Assembly (NCBI RefSeq): GCF_018350175.1
Contig: NC_058383.1
Span: 11,966,001-12,030,000 of the forward strand
DNA: 64,000 nucleotides
Source: Felis catus
Lineage: Eukaryota
Direction: 5' to 3'
Shown here: positions 12,478 to 26,434 of the stretch, piece by piece
How the letters are laid out: each line of letters begins with the position of its first letter
Position numbering within the stretch: the first letter of the stretch is position 1
Position numbers and translations under genes: made by a program
The notes under the pieces: model-generated
The model's input: the letters and a program-made list of their open reading frames with translations, nothing else
Databases searched by the model: none
Told to the model about the DNA's origin: nothing

Positions 12478-14672
12478 TGTTCCACGTCTGAATAGCAGAG
12501 TGATGGTATTCAGTCAACGACCATGGCCAAGGACGTCCCGTGAGCCAGGTCTGTCTCCCGCCTCATTCCCTTCGGTGACGCCCCCCCTCCTCGGCTTGCT
12601 AAGTCTGAGTTCATGATTCGGCAGCAAAAGCTTTCACGTGTATTTCAACTGTGTGTCTACTGCTTTCCCCGGCCCCCTCCGTCGCGACACGCTTGAGGGA
12701 CAAGCTGAGGCTCACGAAAGGCTGGATTCCAGCACCCACCACGCTGACTGACGCCCAGCAGGTGCGCAGCAAGCCATCGAGCGTCCTACGGGATCCCACA
12801 TTGGCCACAAAACCCCGCTCTTCCAAATCAGAGCGCTTCCAGGGATAAATACTCCATGTCCTCCCTACAGGTTTTGAATCGTGCACGTAGATTTTCTGTG
12901 GTTTCTTTTTGACCCTAGAAATGGCTTCTGGACAAGGAGCTCCCCGTTGTACACGTGCGTTCAAGGTGGGTATTATCAGCGGACAATCTTGAGCGGAGGT
13001 CCGCGAGTGTTGGGTCCCGGAAGGAAAACAAGCCAACGGGCAAGGAGAACAGCAACAACAATAAAAACCCACTTCCTGGGAGTACTTCGGGGTTGCATCT
13101 GGAATCCGAAGGAATCGCGAGGCCCTCGGGACAAGCCCGTCGGTTCAAAACCTGGGCTCATTTCACAGCGAGGTGTTAGGCTGGAATATCCAGCGTCCCC
13201 GAGTTTGCCAAGGAAACCATTGCTTTGCCGGCCCAACACCCCAAGCACGGCACGTTATTAATCAGTCTGAGTAAGAAGGCCCAGCACAGGCCAACACCAT
13301 CCCCAAATGGGACAGAGCCTTGAATGACACAGTGAGTGATCTCTAAGGGATCTGGCAAAACCAGGAACGTGCTTGCTTGCCAAATAAGCAAAGTAAGCCT
13401 TGTGAAGTGGCCGCATTTTGTTGGTGCTCCTGCGGGTGAAATCGTCAGGTTTTCCATAAATAGAAGGGGGAGGGTGAGAAAGAGGGGGAGAGGGGAAGGG
13501 AGAGCCAGAGCCAGAGCCAGAGCAGGGGAGGGAGCTGATGTTAGAGAGGCGGCCGGGGTCCGGTGGGAGCAGAGCCGTATTCCGGTTTCTGCAAACGCCC
13601 TGCCTTCAGCTTCGCGCCGATTCCGCCCCCACCCCCCTGGCTGGACGCAGATAAAGCCTGGGAGACTGCAGGCTGCAGTCCGGGGCCCCACGGACAATGC
13701 AGGTCAGGGAAGCCGAGGCAGGCTCTGAGGTCCCGGAGGGACCAAGAGCTGGGCGTCACATGGTAGGAAGGGTCTGTCACATAATAGAAACCTGACCCCA
13801 GTCCGTTGCAATCCTCTCTCCCCGGCACGGACAGGTGGGTGCTTGCCCAGCGGTTCCGCCCTGTGTCTGGGAAGCAGCCTGGACAGTCGGAGCCCTCGGG
13901 GACTCCTGAATGCTGAAGCTGAAACATCAGGTGACATTAGGTGACCCGTGAGAGGACAGCCGGGGGCCCCGTGCAGCACACACCGTCCCCCGCTGGGCTC
14001 ATTAGAGCCCCAGTGAGACAGGATCTATTAACAGCTCAGAGGACCTTCTTCCTGCACAAGGATGCAGTGAGGAAACGTCCCCCGTCTTCCTCCCCGCGTG
14101 TGTGTGAGTGTGTGGGGGGCAGAAGCGGGGGGGCGGGGCTGTTGCTTCAGTTCCTCTAAAGGAGAGAAGACGCTTTCCAGAATCTTCTCCCTGGGAGCAC
14201 GAGGGGGTGAGAGCTGGGGGGCCCGGGGCTCCAGACACGCACAAAGCTCTCCGGCTGTGCCCTCAGCTGCGGACCCACCGACCCCACACGCTGCAGTCAC
14301 AGAATCACGGGGCTGACACTCTGAGCCTCAAGGACTTTTGCTGGAGAGGACAGTCAACCATGAAGCTTGGTTGATTTGGAAGAGTGGGAGGGAAACCCTG
14401 GACCCGCCATTTCTCCGCGAAGTGACGTTGAGGCAGGTGACACAAACCCCCAGTCCCAGTGCTCTTGTCTTCCAAGCGCTACTCCTCCCAGAATCCCTGG
14501 AAAAATGAAATAAACAGGATCCTGGGAACGGGGCAATCCTAAACACATCCACGTTCCTGTTTTTGCTACTTTTCAAAGAATAACCGCCTGATGGCTTCTC
14601 TTGCTCTGACTCTGGACAAGGACGACGATGATTTCTGTAGCTATCACGGCAGTGGCCAAAGAGATACTTCTC

Positions 14673-14896
14673 GGGGCGCCTGGGTGACTCACTCGGCTAA
14701 GCGCCCGACTTCAGCTCAGGTCAGGATCTCGCGGTTCGTGGGTTCGAGCCCGGCCGTCGGGCTCTGGGCTGACAGCTCAGAGCCTGGAGCCTGGTTTGGA
14801 TTCTACGTCTCCCTCTCTCTCTGCTCCTCCCCTGTACACGCTCTCTCTCTCTCTCTCTTTCTCAAAAATAAATAGAAACATTACAAAAATTAAAAC
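14673..14896 (+). mobile_element. CanSINE
   Basis: TSD aaaga(g/a)atacttctc at 14658-14672 and 14897-14911. Confidence 0.95.
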
Positions 14897-15399
14897 AAAG
14901 AAATACTTCTCTACTTTTTGATTTAATAAATGGAGGTATTCGAGCCCAGGGAGAAGAGGTGGACGTTACTCCTGGGTGGCGATGGGGGCTGTAGATCTTC
15001 TCTACCTCTCCTCTTCTCTCCTCCAAAGAACACTGCCTTGTCCACGGCGGCCTGGGGTGGGGCGGGGGAGTGGATATGTTGTTTGCCCCTTACGAGGTGA
15101 CCCGAAATGAAGTTCTACCACTGAAGAGAGATCTGGATTGGCAGCTCCATTCTCCAACCAGGTCTGCTCTGCTCCCGGCCGTCTCTCTGGCTGGTCCCCC
15201 TCCCACTGATATCCCCAGAGCACCCATCTACCAGTCACCATGGCAGCAGTTGCAAGAGTGACAAGACGAGCCACGGGGAGGTGACAGGCACAGGAGATGC
15301 CAGGACCCGCCCACCTTGACCACCATTTACTCCTGAGCACCGCCCTGCAGGCAGACGACTAAACACACCGGCTCTTACCTTCCCGGGCATCCATTCCCC

Positions 15400-16110
15400 T
15401 TTGTCTTTTTATTTGTCCCTTGTCCCGCCCCATCTGGAATGTATTCGCTTGCGACCATCACTCCTACCTTCACCCCAATCCAAGCCACGCACATCTCTCA
15501 ACTGGACCATTGCAATGGCCTCCGGCCGCCATCACCCATTCTCCGGAGCGAGCTTTTATAAACGCGGATTAGATAATGGCATCCCCTTCTCGATTGTTCC
15601 TTAACATCCTCCCGTTGGCCGGAGGGCCAACGGAACATTCTCAGTACAGATTCCATGCCCTTGCGGGGTCTGGCTGACAGCGATCTCTTTCTCCCTGTCC
15701 TACACACGCAGCCACAACACCAGCCCTTCCGTTCTTTCAACGTGCAGAGTTCTCATCCCTCGGGGCCCTGGCACATGCTGTGCCCCCAGCCTTCATTGCT
15801 CTTCAAAACCTCCCCACCTGCCTTGGCTCATCTGATCTCAGCTGAACCGTTTCTTCCCCAGAGAGGCCATTCCTTCCAGGACGAGCTCGCTACCTCTGCT
15901 GGCCTGGCCTGGAATCCCTGTCCTCTACCCTCCCAGGCTGTCATTCTTTCCTCTTTCAGGGACTTCGTCATGGCTCTAACGACAGAGGATCTTTGATAAC
16001 TAGGTGTGTGCACTTGAAGCATTCAGGGACCCATTTTGTCCCATTCTCTGACATATCTCCGAAGGCTTCAAAGGGATCAGCACACGGTAGACCCGTACTT
16101 AATATTCCCT
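15400..16110 (+). mobile_element. L2 LINE 3' fragment
   Basis: tccaagccacgcacatctctcaactggaccattgcaatggcctcc resembles the L2 RT C-terminal region (consensus ISRLDYCNSLL). Confidence 0.65.
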
Positions 16111-17016
16111 GGGCGCGTGACTCCCTTGCGTCCCTGTTTCTGCTCCTTTTGTCACCGCCGTGGCATCTCCCACGGACGAACCTAAACAAACGTTATGTCA
16201 GCAGAAGTTGCTGGCTGCCCGCTCAGCGGTGGTGATCTGCTCATTCAGATGCTACCTCCTCAGACCTTAGGCAGCAGCTGGGGTAGGGATGCCCCAACTT
16301 GCACACTCCAGCCCTGGTGTGGCGGCCACGCCTCAGAATCACTCTGGGAAGACCTGGCCAATCTCGGGGTCTAGAGCCCTCACCACCCCAGGGTTGCGAA
16401 ACAGCAGACCGGATTTATGTCTTCTGGGCGGGCCTGTCCAACCGTAGAAACTAGGACCCCTCTCCTACAAACCCTGAAGCTTAGTTTTATCTTTATTGAT
16501 GCAGCTCGAAGGACGACCCCGACCATACTCACTGGGTGTTGGGAATAGAAACATCTTTCCTCCTTGCCAGCCAAAGCCCACTTGCCTTTGCCACCCCATG
16601 GCATTTAAGCCCCGTGTTTGTTTCGTTTTGAACAGTTCCGGGGCTCCGAGTGCGACCCCTCAAGATGACGCCTCTAACTGCGACGGAGCTTTGCAAATTG
16701 ATGTGAATGTGCCCGGCAGTGTCTTGAGAGGCTGAGTTAACACATCTGTCCTTCCAATCATCTGAATTCAGTGTGATGCCTTTTGGCCCAGTGTCAACAA
16801 AACACTGCGAATGCATGTGGTTGTTAGAGCAGTGAGTTTGCCCAGCTTGTTAAGATGTCGACTGAAAGAAACGGATGTTTGCATTAAGAATTAGACATGG
16901 GATTGTCCTCCGAAGGGAACTGCCCTCTTTCCAACGTGTGTCATGCTGTTGGAGAACCTGTATTTCTATGTTGCGTTCTCTTTGATTTCATAGATTGACT
17001 TATCCTATGACTATTG

Positions 17017-17245
17017 AAAAAAATTTTTTTTAAGTTTATTTCTTTTTGAGGCAGAGAGAGAGAGAGCGAGCGAGTGAGCATGAGCAGGGGAAGGGCAGAG
17101 AGAGAGGGAGACGCAGAATCCGAAGCAGGCTCCAGGCTCCGAGCTGTCAGCACGGAGCCCGACGTGGGGCTCGAACCCACAGACCGTGAGATCGTGACCG
17201 GAGCCGAGGTCGGACGCTCAACCGACTGGGCCACCCAGGCGCCCC
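17017..17245 (-). mobile_element. CanSINE
   Basis: Full-length; degenerate TSD tcctatgacta/tcctaggacta. Confidence 0.95.
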
Positions 17246-17457
17246 TCCTAGGACTACTTTTAATCCTGTTGCCCATGGAAAATATGTGCAATTCTCCCTT
17301 TCGTTTCGTCAAACGTGACTGGGATCCAGCTTTGGGCCAAGCCCTGTGTTACATCTGGTGATAAAGGAAGAGTGTTATTATCTATGTCTGTTTCGTTTTC
17401 TAGTAGAGAAAACAAAACAGGAAGTGAATGCTGACAGCATCTTATGATATATATAGA

Positions 17458-17980
17458 GAGATCTTCCTCCACTTAGGGCGCCGTCACATCCTAATAAACC
17501 CCATGGCAGGTTGAAAATATGGAAAGTCACAAATGCATGTAATACATCTAACCTACCAAACACAATCGCTTAGCCTAACAACTCTTAAACGTGCCCAGAG
17601 CGCTTCCATTGGCCTACATTTGGGCACCACCATCTGCCACAAAACCCATTTTATGCTACAATGTTGAATGCCTCATGGAACGTGGTGACAACTTTACTGG
17701 CCGCAAAAAACCAGAATGGTTGTGTGGGTACAGAAGGGTTGTTAAGTGTATTGGTTATGTAGCTCCATGATGGCGTAGCTGATGGGGGGGGGGGGGGGGC
17801 TGTGGCTTGCTCAGGGCCCGGCATCACGAGAGAGGGTTGTATTGCGTTGTCACCAGCCCCTACAAAGCCCCAAATTCAAGATCTGAAATCGAGTTTCTAC
17901 TGACTGCATATGGCTTTCACGCCATGGTAAAGTCAAAAACTCGTAAGTTGAAATGTGCATCCTAAGTTGGGGACCATCTG
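17458..17980 (+). mobile_element. Tigger5/MER47-like DNA transposon
   Basis: aataaacccc...gttgaaaatat...taacctacc...ttagcctaa internal text; terminus ...ggggaccatctg followed by TA. Confidence 0.8.
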
Positions 17981-18485
17981 TACGTGATATAAGCAAAGTG
18001 CCATAGACACCCAGAAGGGGAACATTTCAAATCTGTCTGGAAAGATTTCAGAGACGTAGTGGTGTTTGAACTGGGTCCCACACGAGGACTGTAGAAGGGA
18101 CTCTTATGTGAAGAAGGAAGCAAAAGGCAGCAGCAAAGGGGGGCAGAGGATACAAATGGGAAATTGACAGATCACAATGTCAAAGCCAAGAACATGATGA
18201 TATGTTCAAAAGCATGGTAATTAATTCCTATCAGGGAAATCTAGAAAGCTGGATGATGCCAAGTGTTCCTGAACCTCAGAGGATGTAGATCGTTCTGCAG
18301 AACAGTCTCTCAGTATTTGGTGAAATTAGATACGCGAATGCTCTCCAGCAAGGACTTGTACTTCTGAGCGTCTGTCTCCCGGGGAAATTCTCATACAACG
18401 CCGCTGCGGCATTATTTGGGTTCTGGGGGTCAGAGGTAACCCCGTGGACAGATGATAGTGTGCGAGGAACTAAGACTGAGATGAA

Positions 18486-18712
18486 GGGGTGCCAGGGTGG
18501 CTCAGTCGGTTGTGTCTGACTCTTGATCTTTGGTTCCAGTCGCGATCTCACGGTCGTGGGATCGGGGATAAGTGAGCCGTGTGCTGACAGCACGGAGCCT
18601 GCTTGGGATTCTCTCCCCCCTCCCTCCGCCCCTCCCCAACGCGTGCCCTTTCACTGTCAAAATAAATACATGCCCTTATTTATTTACTTTGAAATAAAAA
18701 CAACAAAAATAA
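18486..18712 (+). mobile_element. Older CanSINE
   Basis: Head ggggtgccagggtggctcagtcgg; degenerate TSD aagactgagatgaa/aaaaccgagattaa. Confidence 0.9.
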
Positions 18713-18978
18713 AACCGAGATTAACATCACTCTGAACCTGAGCCCATAAAAGGAGAGAGGCAGAAACAGACTGAAAATTGAGGAAAGGCATTTCGGACAA
18801 AGGGGATGGGGCTTGGGAGAGAGGAAGTGTGTTGCTTCCTGAATGTCAGAAATGTTGGCCTTTCTGCTGCATTGAGTGTGCTTGGAGGGCAGTGGAAGAA
18901 GTCGGGGATGGGGGGGCAGGGGTCGGGGGGAGAATGTAAAGGGCCTTGTAAGTCATGCTAATGGCACAGACATTTTAT

Positions 18979-19212
18979 TTTATTTATTTTATTTTTTTTA
19001 ATTTTTTTTAACGTTTATTTATTTTTGAGACAGGGAGAGACAGAGCATGAACGAGGGAGGGGCAGAGAGAGAGGGAGACACAGAATCGGAAACAGACTCC
19101 AGGCTCTGAGCTGTCAGCACAGAGCCTGACGCGGGGCTTGAACTCACAGACCGCGAGATCGTGACCTGAGCCGAAGCCGGATGCCCAACCGACTGAGCCA
19201 CCCAGGCGCCCC
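18979..19212 (-). mobile_element. CanSINE
   Basis: Perfect 16-bp TSD ggcacagacattttat at 18963-18978 and 19213-19228. Confidence 0.97.
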
Positions 19213-20008
19213 GGCACAGACATTTTATAGTCCGGTTAGAGACATGGCCATATTTGGATATTTAAGCTAATCACTCAGGTAGCAGTAGGAGCAAAGAGCT
19301 AAAAGGAGGTGATGTGTCATGTGCTAAGGGCCGGTGGGATCCTTGTAGTAGTAGGGAAGTTCTCACTTTTCAGCTGTATTTTCCCTTCCATCGATAAGTG
19401 AAATGGCAATGGCCTGCGAAAAGTGTCACTAAAGTGCCCAGAGCCCCACCTCTGTCCATCGCTCAGAGGCTTCTCCTGTCTCTTCTCCAAAAGCCACGAA
19501 GCTCTCCTCGGAGATCTTTGTACCCTCCGGCCGAACTCCATCAATCAACTTCTTTGAACTGTCCCAGTGCAGTCTCAGGACTGATGGGTGAAGTGGGCCT
19601 GTTTTTCACCTTTCAGACCACCCACACTTGCTCTGATTCACATTCCTCCTCCCTCCTCGGGAAATGGAGGGAAGAGACGATTCCCTGTCTTGGTAACACA
19701 CACAGACTTTTGAGGGAAGTCTTTCCTGGGCTCTAACACTAGCAAATCAATCGATGTGTTTACCATAGTAACAAACTCCACAAGAGAAACCACACAAACA
19801 TCCCAATAGATGCAGAGAAAGCGTTTAACAAAACCCAACATCCACCGTGGACAAAAACTCTCAACAACTTAAGAATAGAGGGAAATTTCCTTAACTTGGT
19901 AAGGACATTTAAGCAAAACCTGTAGCTATCATCATTCTGAATGGTGAAAAGCTGAATATTTCCCCCCTGGGATTAGGGACAGGACAAGAAAGAGATTGGC
20001 AAGAGACG

Positions 20009-20338
20009 NNNNNNNNNNNNNNNNNNNNNNNNNNNNNNNNNNNNNNNNNNNNNNNNNNNNNNNNNNNNNNNNNNNNNNNNNNNNNNNNNNNNNNNNNNNN
20101 NNNNNNNNNNNNNNNNNNNNNNNNNNNNNNNNNNNNNNNNNNNNNNNNNNNNNNNNNNNNNNNNNNNNNNNNNNNNNNNNNNNNNNNNNNNNNNNNNNNN
20201 NNNNNNNNNNNNNNNNNNNNNNNNNNNNNNNNNNNNNNNNNNNNNNNNNNNNNNNNNNNNNNNNNNNNNNNNNNNNNNNNNNNNNNNNNNNNNNNNNNNN
20301 NNNNNNNNNNNNNNNNNNNNNNNNNNNNNNNNNNNNNN
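20009..20338. other. Assembly gap
   Basis: N run. Confidence 1.
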
Positions 20339-20349
20339 GATGACGTGGC

Positions 20350-20909
20350 AGTAAAGGAGATCAGAGTAGGCGACCCAAAAGTATGTCACTTCGGCGTACA
20401 GGTTATTTTGAGCTGAAGGCAACTTAGAACCGCCAGATGCATAAAGGAGCCTTCCTGAAGCTTCCCTTGTCTGACCAAAACCAGAAACTTCTGAGAAAGG
20501 AAGCTGCTAGAAAGCCCCTCTCCAGGAGATGTGTATGGCCATGAAGAAGACACAAAATGGGCATTGCGATGAGTCTGTACAAACAAGCCTTACTAAAGTA
20601 ACCTTTCTCTTCCTTTAGTTTCCCCACAGGTTTGCCTTCCCACAACTTACTGCCCCCGGAAGCCCACACTCCCCTTTGCTTCGTCCACCTACTTATCACA
20701 TTTTGTTAAAACGGTACATAAGCTTTTGAGTCCAAGTGCCTCTTTGGGTTTTTACTTCTCTTCTGTGTATCCTCCTTGCGTGCAGAATTAACAACGTGAT
20801 TAAATTTGTATTCATTTCTTCCCCTATTAATCTTTCTTTTATCAGTTTAATTCACTGCCCCCACGTACAGAACCTAAGGAGGTAGAGGAAAACCTTTCCC
20901 TCCCCTACA
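20350..20909 (+). mobile_element. MER34-family ERV1 solo LTR inserted in L1
   Basis: Start gtaaaggagatcagag...ttattttgagctgaaggcaa; end aacctaaggaggtagaggaaaacctttccctcccctaca. Confidence 0.8.
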
Positions 20910-21566
20910 AGGAATGATGTAGAAAAGAGGATAAAATCTCCAAAAACTTAATAAGTGAGATCACATGGTGGCAGGATACGAGCTCAATTTACAAAAATCA
21001 TCGTAATATTATGTGCCGTAATTGAACAATGGTAACTTGAAATTAAAATACCTTTTACCAAGCGTGAAAAACATGCTAAGTCCTCAGAGAACATATGACA
21101 AAAGAAAAGACCCATAGACCAAGAATACAAAACACTGAGAAGCATCACAGAATTAAATACATGGAGGAACTGCTGTGTTCGTGGGTCAGAAGACTCCATA
21201 CCGTTAAGACGCCCATTCCCAAACTGATCTATCTACATGCGTTCAATACGATCCAATTGAAACCTCCGTGAGCCATGTGTAGAAACTGACAGATTCTGAA
21301 ATTCATATGTTAAAGCAAAGCGCCTAGAACGGCAGAACCACGATGAAAAAGAACTAGAAAGCATTACTGGATTTCGAGACTTCTTTGAAAGCTACGGTAA
21401 TCAAGATAGTACGGTATTTGTGTCAGAACGGGCAACTAGATCAATGGTACACGAGAATCCAGTAACTGACCCACATTTATATGGAAAGGTGGTTTTCAAC
21501 AGGGTGCCAAGCAATCCAGTGGGAAAATGAGTCCTTTCAACAGACGATGATGGAACAAGTTCATAA

Positions 21567-21567
<1 letters not shown>

Positions 21568-21604
<37 letters not shown>
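21568..21604. repeat. (CA)n microsatellite
   Basis: Direct observation. Confidence 0.97.
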
Positions 21605-21609
<5 letters not shown>

Positions 21610-22324
21610 GATGTCTACCCATCCTTTTCAATGTATAGAAAAACAACTCAAAGGGGATCGTGCAACTAAACGCCAAACCTAAAACTGTGTAAGATCTCGA
21701 CAAAAACATCAGAGAAATTCACTGCAATTTGCTTGGGTTACCAAAAGACTTCTCGGGGATGATACCAAAAGCACCACCTATAAAAGAACAAATTAAATAC
21801 ATTGGCTTTGATCAAAATTAAAAAGCCCTGCTCGTCAAAAGGTGCTGTTAAGAAAAGGCACAGACCGGGAGGAAATATTTGCCAAACACAGACACGATAA
21901 AGTGCGTGCATCCAGAATATGGAGACAACTCTTGACATTCAATTAAAAGAAAACAAACAAAAAATTGGCAAAAGTTCTGAACAGACACTTCAAAGAATAT
22001 GTAAGGCTGGCAAGGAAGCATGTGAAAATATGTTCAACATACCAGTCATCGGGGAAATGAAAATTAAAGCCACAGTGTGATACTCTTACACACCTAATCA
22101 AGGCTGGCTTCCCGAAGGAGGTGTCATTTGATCAAAGGCACGAAGGGTACCCTGTACCATTATGCACATTTTTACGTCTCTGTGATCTGTTTGCACACAT
22201 ATAACCTCTCTGTGGAATATTCAGTGTGTTCTCTTATATCTTTTCTCACCAGCTTACCTCCAGCCTCCAGCATAGCGCTGAACGGTCTTAAGCCTTCAGT
22301 GAATGAGAGTCACAGGCGTGGAAT

Positions 22325-22517
22325 TTTATTTGTTTATTTTAATGTCTTATTTATGTTTGACAGAGAGAGGGCGTGAGAGTGGTGGAGAGGCAGAGAGAGA
22401 CAGAAACACAGACCCTGAAGCGGGCTCCAGGCTCTGAGCTGTCAGCACAGAACCTGATGCGGGGCTCGAACTCACAAACCTGGAGACCACGCCTGAAGTC
22501 GGAGCCACCCAGGCGCC
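22325..22517 (-). mobile_element. CanSINE with internal deletions
   Basis: Body and head recognisable; degenerate TSD cgtggaatttta/cgtgggatttta. Confidence 0.9.
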
Positions 22518-22865
22518 AAAGTCGTGGGATTTTAGATTTGCAAGGGACTTCAGAGATCAGCTAATTCAAATTCCTCATTCTATAAGCAATCGGATTGCAT
22601 CTGAATGCAACCAAGCAAAAAAGCAAGAAGAGACTCAAGTAGGAGGCAGGTTTTCTGACCTCATGGTGGCCTCAGGCTAACCTCTTAAACTTTGTGGGTT
22701 TCAGGTGTTTTATATGTAAAACAAGAGAAAACCGCCTGAGGACAGTGGGCTAAACCCGAAATCTCCCCTCCCTCACCAAGGTAACAGCATGAATTCTTGT
22801 AAGTTCCTCCTTATAAAGTTTGAAGAACATTCGAGGTTCAGAACAGAGGTTACTTATCTTATAAA

Positions 22866-22869
<4 letters not shown>

Positions 22870-22938
<69 letters not shown>

Positions 22939-22941
22939 CAC
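22870..22941. repeat. Compound (CT)n(CA)n microsatellite
   Basis: Direct observation. Confidence 0.97.
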
Positions 22942-23228
22942 CAAATCTACAAAAGAAGATGAACGGACTTGGAAAAACCAATTCCGGAAAACCCGGAATT
23001 CCTAGAGTCCCGATTTTAAAGCCGGCTCCTGCTTGTGACCTTGGGGGTGACCCTGAGTATGTCAGAGCGTGCTGAACCACGTCTCTTCTTAACTGGATAT
23101 CCTCACACAGAGATCCCGAGATATCAGAGCATGAGCCTCTTGTCCCCACCACTCAGGGACCAGGACCAGAAGCTAAGAAACGTATCACAGATGCATTTGC
23201 AGCGTCTCTGATCCTGTACTAAATATTA

Positions 23229-24099
23229 CAGTTAATTCTCCCCATTCAAAGGAGTTACATGCCATTAAGTGGCAGTAAACACTGAATTAGCCAATCCTAG
23301 ATCGTTGCTTCTACAAACAATACATACAGAGTCTGGGGCGCCTGGGTGGCTCAGTCGGTTAAGCGTCTGACTTCGGCTCAGGTCATGATCTCACGGTTCG
23401 TGAGTTCGAGCCCCGGGTCGGGCTCTGGGCTGACAGCTCGGAGCTGGGAGCCCGCTTTGGATTCTGTGTCTCCCTCTCCCTCTGCCCCTCCCCTGCTCAT
23501 GCTCGGTCTCTGTCTCTCAAAAATAAACAAACGTTAAAAAATATTAGAATACACACAGTTAGGTTTCTGTGAGCCTCTGGATACAGGTCTAGCAACTGAC
23601 CAATGCCTAAGTTTGTTTTATGCGTGTTTCTGTTTAAAGACACCTCGGTTGGTCTATACTGTTTATTCACTACCACTGAACAGTGCTATAACTCCTGCCT
23701 TCACCAAGGCTGTCTAACACATCACAACCTTCTTCTAGACGGCTCCCTGACACTGTGCTCGGGAACCATTTTAAGTAACAAAATTACCGCCACCACCACC
23801 ACCAAAAAAACAAACCAAAAACGCGAAGAAAAAAAAAATGGCACTCAACAGACCCTGAAAAATGGCCTGAGGTCTGAAACAAGGAGGCAGAGTGTCCCCT
23901 TGTTCAGCCGGAGCTGGGACACTGGGTGAATACATAGCCTGAGCTGTACATTGGGGGAACCAACGTTTTTGCTTCTCTGCACACACCAGCAAGTGACCGT
24001 GAATGTACTTTGAATACTGCCCTGGGGGTTACAAATACATTTTAGAGAGTGAGTGGGTGAATTTGCAAATACAGAATCCACGGTCCGTGAGGACCAGTG
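23229..24099 (-). mobile_element. MER6A-like DNA transposon with nested SINE
   Basis: Reverse complement of the 7234-7861 element (tgtttaaagacacc; agctgggac; ttacaaatacattttag...gaatttgcaaatacagaatcc); preceded by TA. Confidence 0.78.
23335..23545 (+). mobile_element. CanSINE
   Basis: Full-length; TSD-like aatacatacag/aatacacacag. Confidence 0.95.
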
Positions 24100-24488
24100 G
24101 GACCGCTGGCACCTTCCTGCTTCTAAGCTTTCCTCTGTACGTTGGCTGTAAGGAGCCCTAGAATGGTATTTTGCAGGCTTCCTCGTCCGCCGGATTATTA
24201 TTTCGATTCCGCCAGAGGCAGGAACTCGCATCGGATGTGGAAGGTGGGAGGGAAGCAGGGACAGTTATCATCCTGTAGGTGGGCAGGTGTGTGGGTTTCA
24301 GCAGAAGGCTGTGTGACGTTTTATGAAGCTTGCCAATTTCCTGTGGCTCCATTTTCCTGTGAATCACCTGCCTTGGGTGACAGCTGCTTACAATTCCTCC
24401 AACGGCCCGATATCCTGCTGATGGGCATCACTGACGATTCCCCCTGATGTGCGTAGCTCCCGCTTCGCCGCAAGTTCTCTGGAGCACC

Positions 24489-25285
24489 TGTGATATTGTG
24501 ATTTATAATAAAATATATATTTGATTTCATCCCTGACACAGAGCTCCTGAAAACTTTGGTCAAGTCCTAAGTGATAAGAACGCGAGGGGCATCTTTCATT
24601 CTAACGTGGTGGCTCTGGGTGAGCTCTGGGATGGGGGCTGGTCCCCGGAAAGACCAAGCCAGGGGTCCAAGCTTGGAATTTTCAGCCCCACCTTCCATTC
24701 TCCAGGGAGGGGAGACGAGCTGGAAATGGAATTAATAATCGATCGTGCCTCTGTGAAAATCCCAATAGTGCTGGGTTCAGAGAGCTTCTAGGTCAACGAC
24801 CACATCCACGCCAGTAGGGACCCTCCTGTGCTTGGGACGCTCCCAGAGCCTGCCCTGTGCCACTCCTCATTCGGCTGTTCATCTGTATCCTTTCTCATTT
24901 CCTTTAATGAACGGCTAAACATAAGTAACTTCTCATGAGTTCCATGAGCCACTCTAGCAATTGAATCGAATCTGAGGAGGGGGTCCCGGGAGCCTGTGAC
25001 CTAGAGCCCATCAGTCAGGACAGGTAACAACCAGGACATGAAATTGACTTCTGAAGGGGAGGCTGGTCTTGGAGGACGGAGCCCTTAACACGAGGAATCC
25101 GACGCTACCTTCAGATAGATGGTGTCAGAGTCGAGGGAAATCAAAGGACACCCAGCTGGTGTTTCAGAGAATTGCCCGGTAGAGGACAGCTCCGCACATC
25201 TGGGGTCAGAAGGGCCGTAGGTGTGGCAGTGACATGAGAATAAAGGGACACGCAGGAGGAAGGACTGCGTTTTTACTCTTCAGCA
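24489..25285 (+). mobile_element. MER21B-like solo LTR
   Basis: Starts tgtgatattgtgatttataataaaatatatatttg...acagagctcct, the MER21 opening. Confidence 0.8.
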
Positions 25286-26434
25286 CCCAATTCCCTGCAT
25301 TCAATCCCTTCCTGACAATATCTGGAGTGGTTTCCGTGTCTCTGCCTAAAATCACACCAGCACACTCATATCTGACCATATCGCTTGGACTGACATTAAC
25401 TGATTTGTTTGGAAAGAAGACATTTGGGGACAAACGTTCCCACTGAGCGTCTGAGATGCAAATTCCTCTGTTATCACTTCCATTTGCTCCACGTTGACGG
25501 TCAGGTTTTGAAAAGCATGTTCAAATGATTTGTGTTATTACATATTCAGATAAGGCACACATTTACAGGTTGCTTATGAAGTCCCAGACATGATGCTAAG
25601 TACTGTAGAAATGTGATCTGATTCGATCCTTACCACAACCCAGCGGGGCAGTAGCTTTTACGAAACGAGTCTCATAGAAATTAAATTCCTTGGCCAGAGT
25701 CGTGAAAATAGCAAATGATGGAATGGTGGTTCAATACAAAGTTTCCCACAATGACCTCACTGCTCCTTCGGACAGCTGAATCCTTCTCGATGAATCCATA
25801 TTCCCTTATTAGTCTTTAATAATGGGGGGGGGGATTGAAGAAGTCAGGTTTTGATGTTAGGAAAGAACAATTTGTGTATTTTACATTTTAATCGGATGCT
25901 CACAGTTAATGACAAGGGACCCATGTTCTCAATCACAGATACGATTATAAAATCAACATGAATTGGAGACAACTACTCTGCCTTGCACATCCTTCCTCGT
26001 TTAGTCAGAAAACGACTGCCCCCTTTTCAAACGTGCAAAGTGCAGGTGGGTATGGAGAATGTCTCCCCTGGCTAAACCTTGATAAGGCGCGTGATACGAA
26101 ACACTCCTCAATTGACTATCAATTCTGTCCAGGCTCTGGGGTTGTATCACCAAAAAATCCGAGTTTATTTACCACTCATTTGTGCCCTGACAATCCGAAC
26201 AATGTTATGGGCTGAATGCCACATATTCATTTAGTAATAAACCTTTAGGACCACCTCCGTGCTTGAAGTACATGTGCTCATAGAGCGGCGGGGAAGACTA
26301 TTTTCATGGATAGACGCGAACACCGCCTGTATGCTGTCTGGTCTGTCCCTTTATGAGACTCTTACAATCTTTCATGGCAAACATAGAGAATAAGGCTTTG
26401 AGCTCTTGCCTTCCTAGAAGGAAGAGAAGCCTAT

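Larger units (their letters stand above)
19740..22100 (+). mobile_element. Decayed L1 ORF2 (RT region to C-terminus), interrupted by an N-gap and an LTR
   Basis: caatagatgcagagaaagcgtttaacaaaa (IDAEKAF motif); tgaatggtgaaaagctg; later tcaagatagtacggtatttg, tcatcggggaaatgaaaattaaagccaca. Confidence 0.85.
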
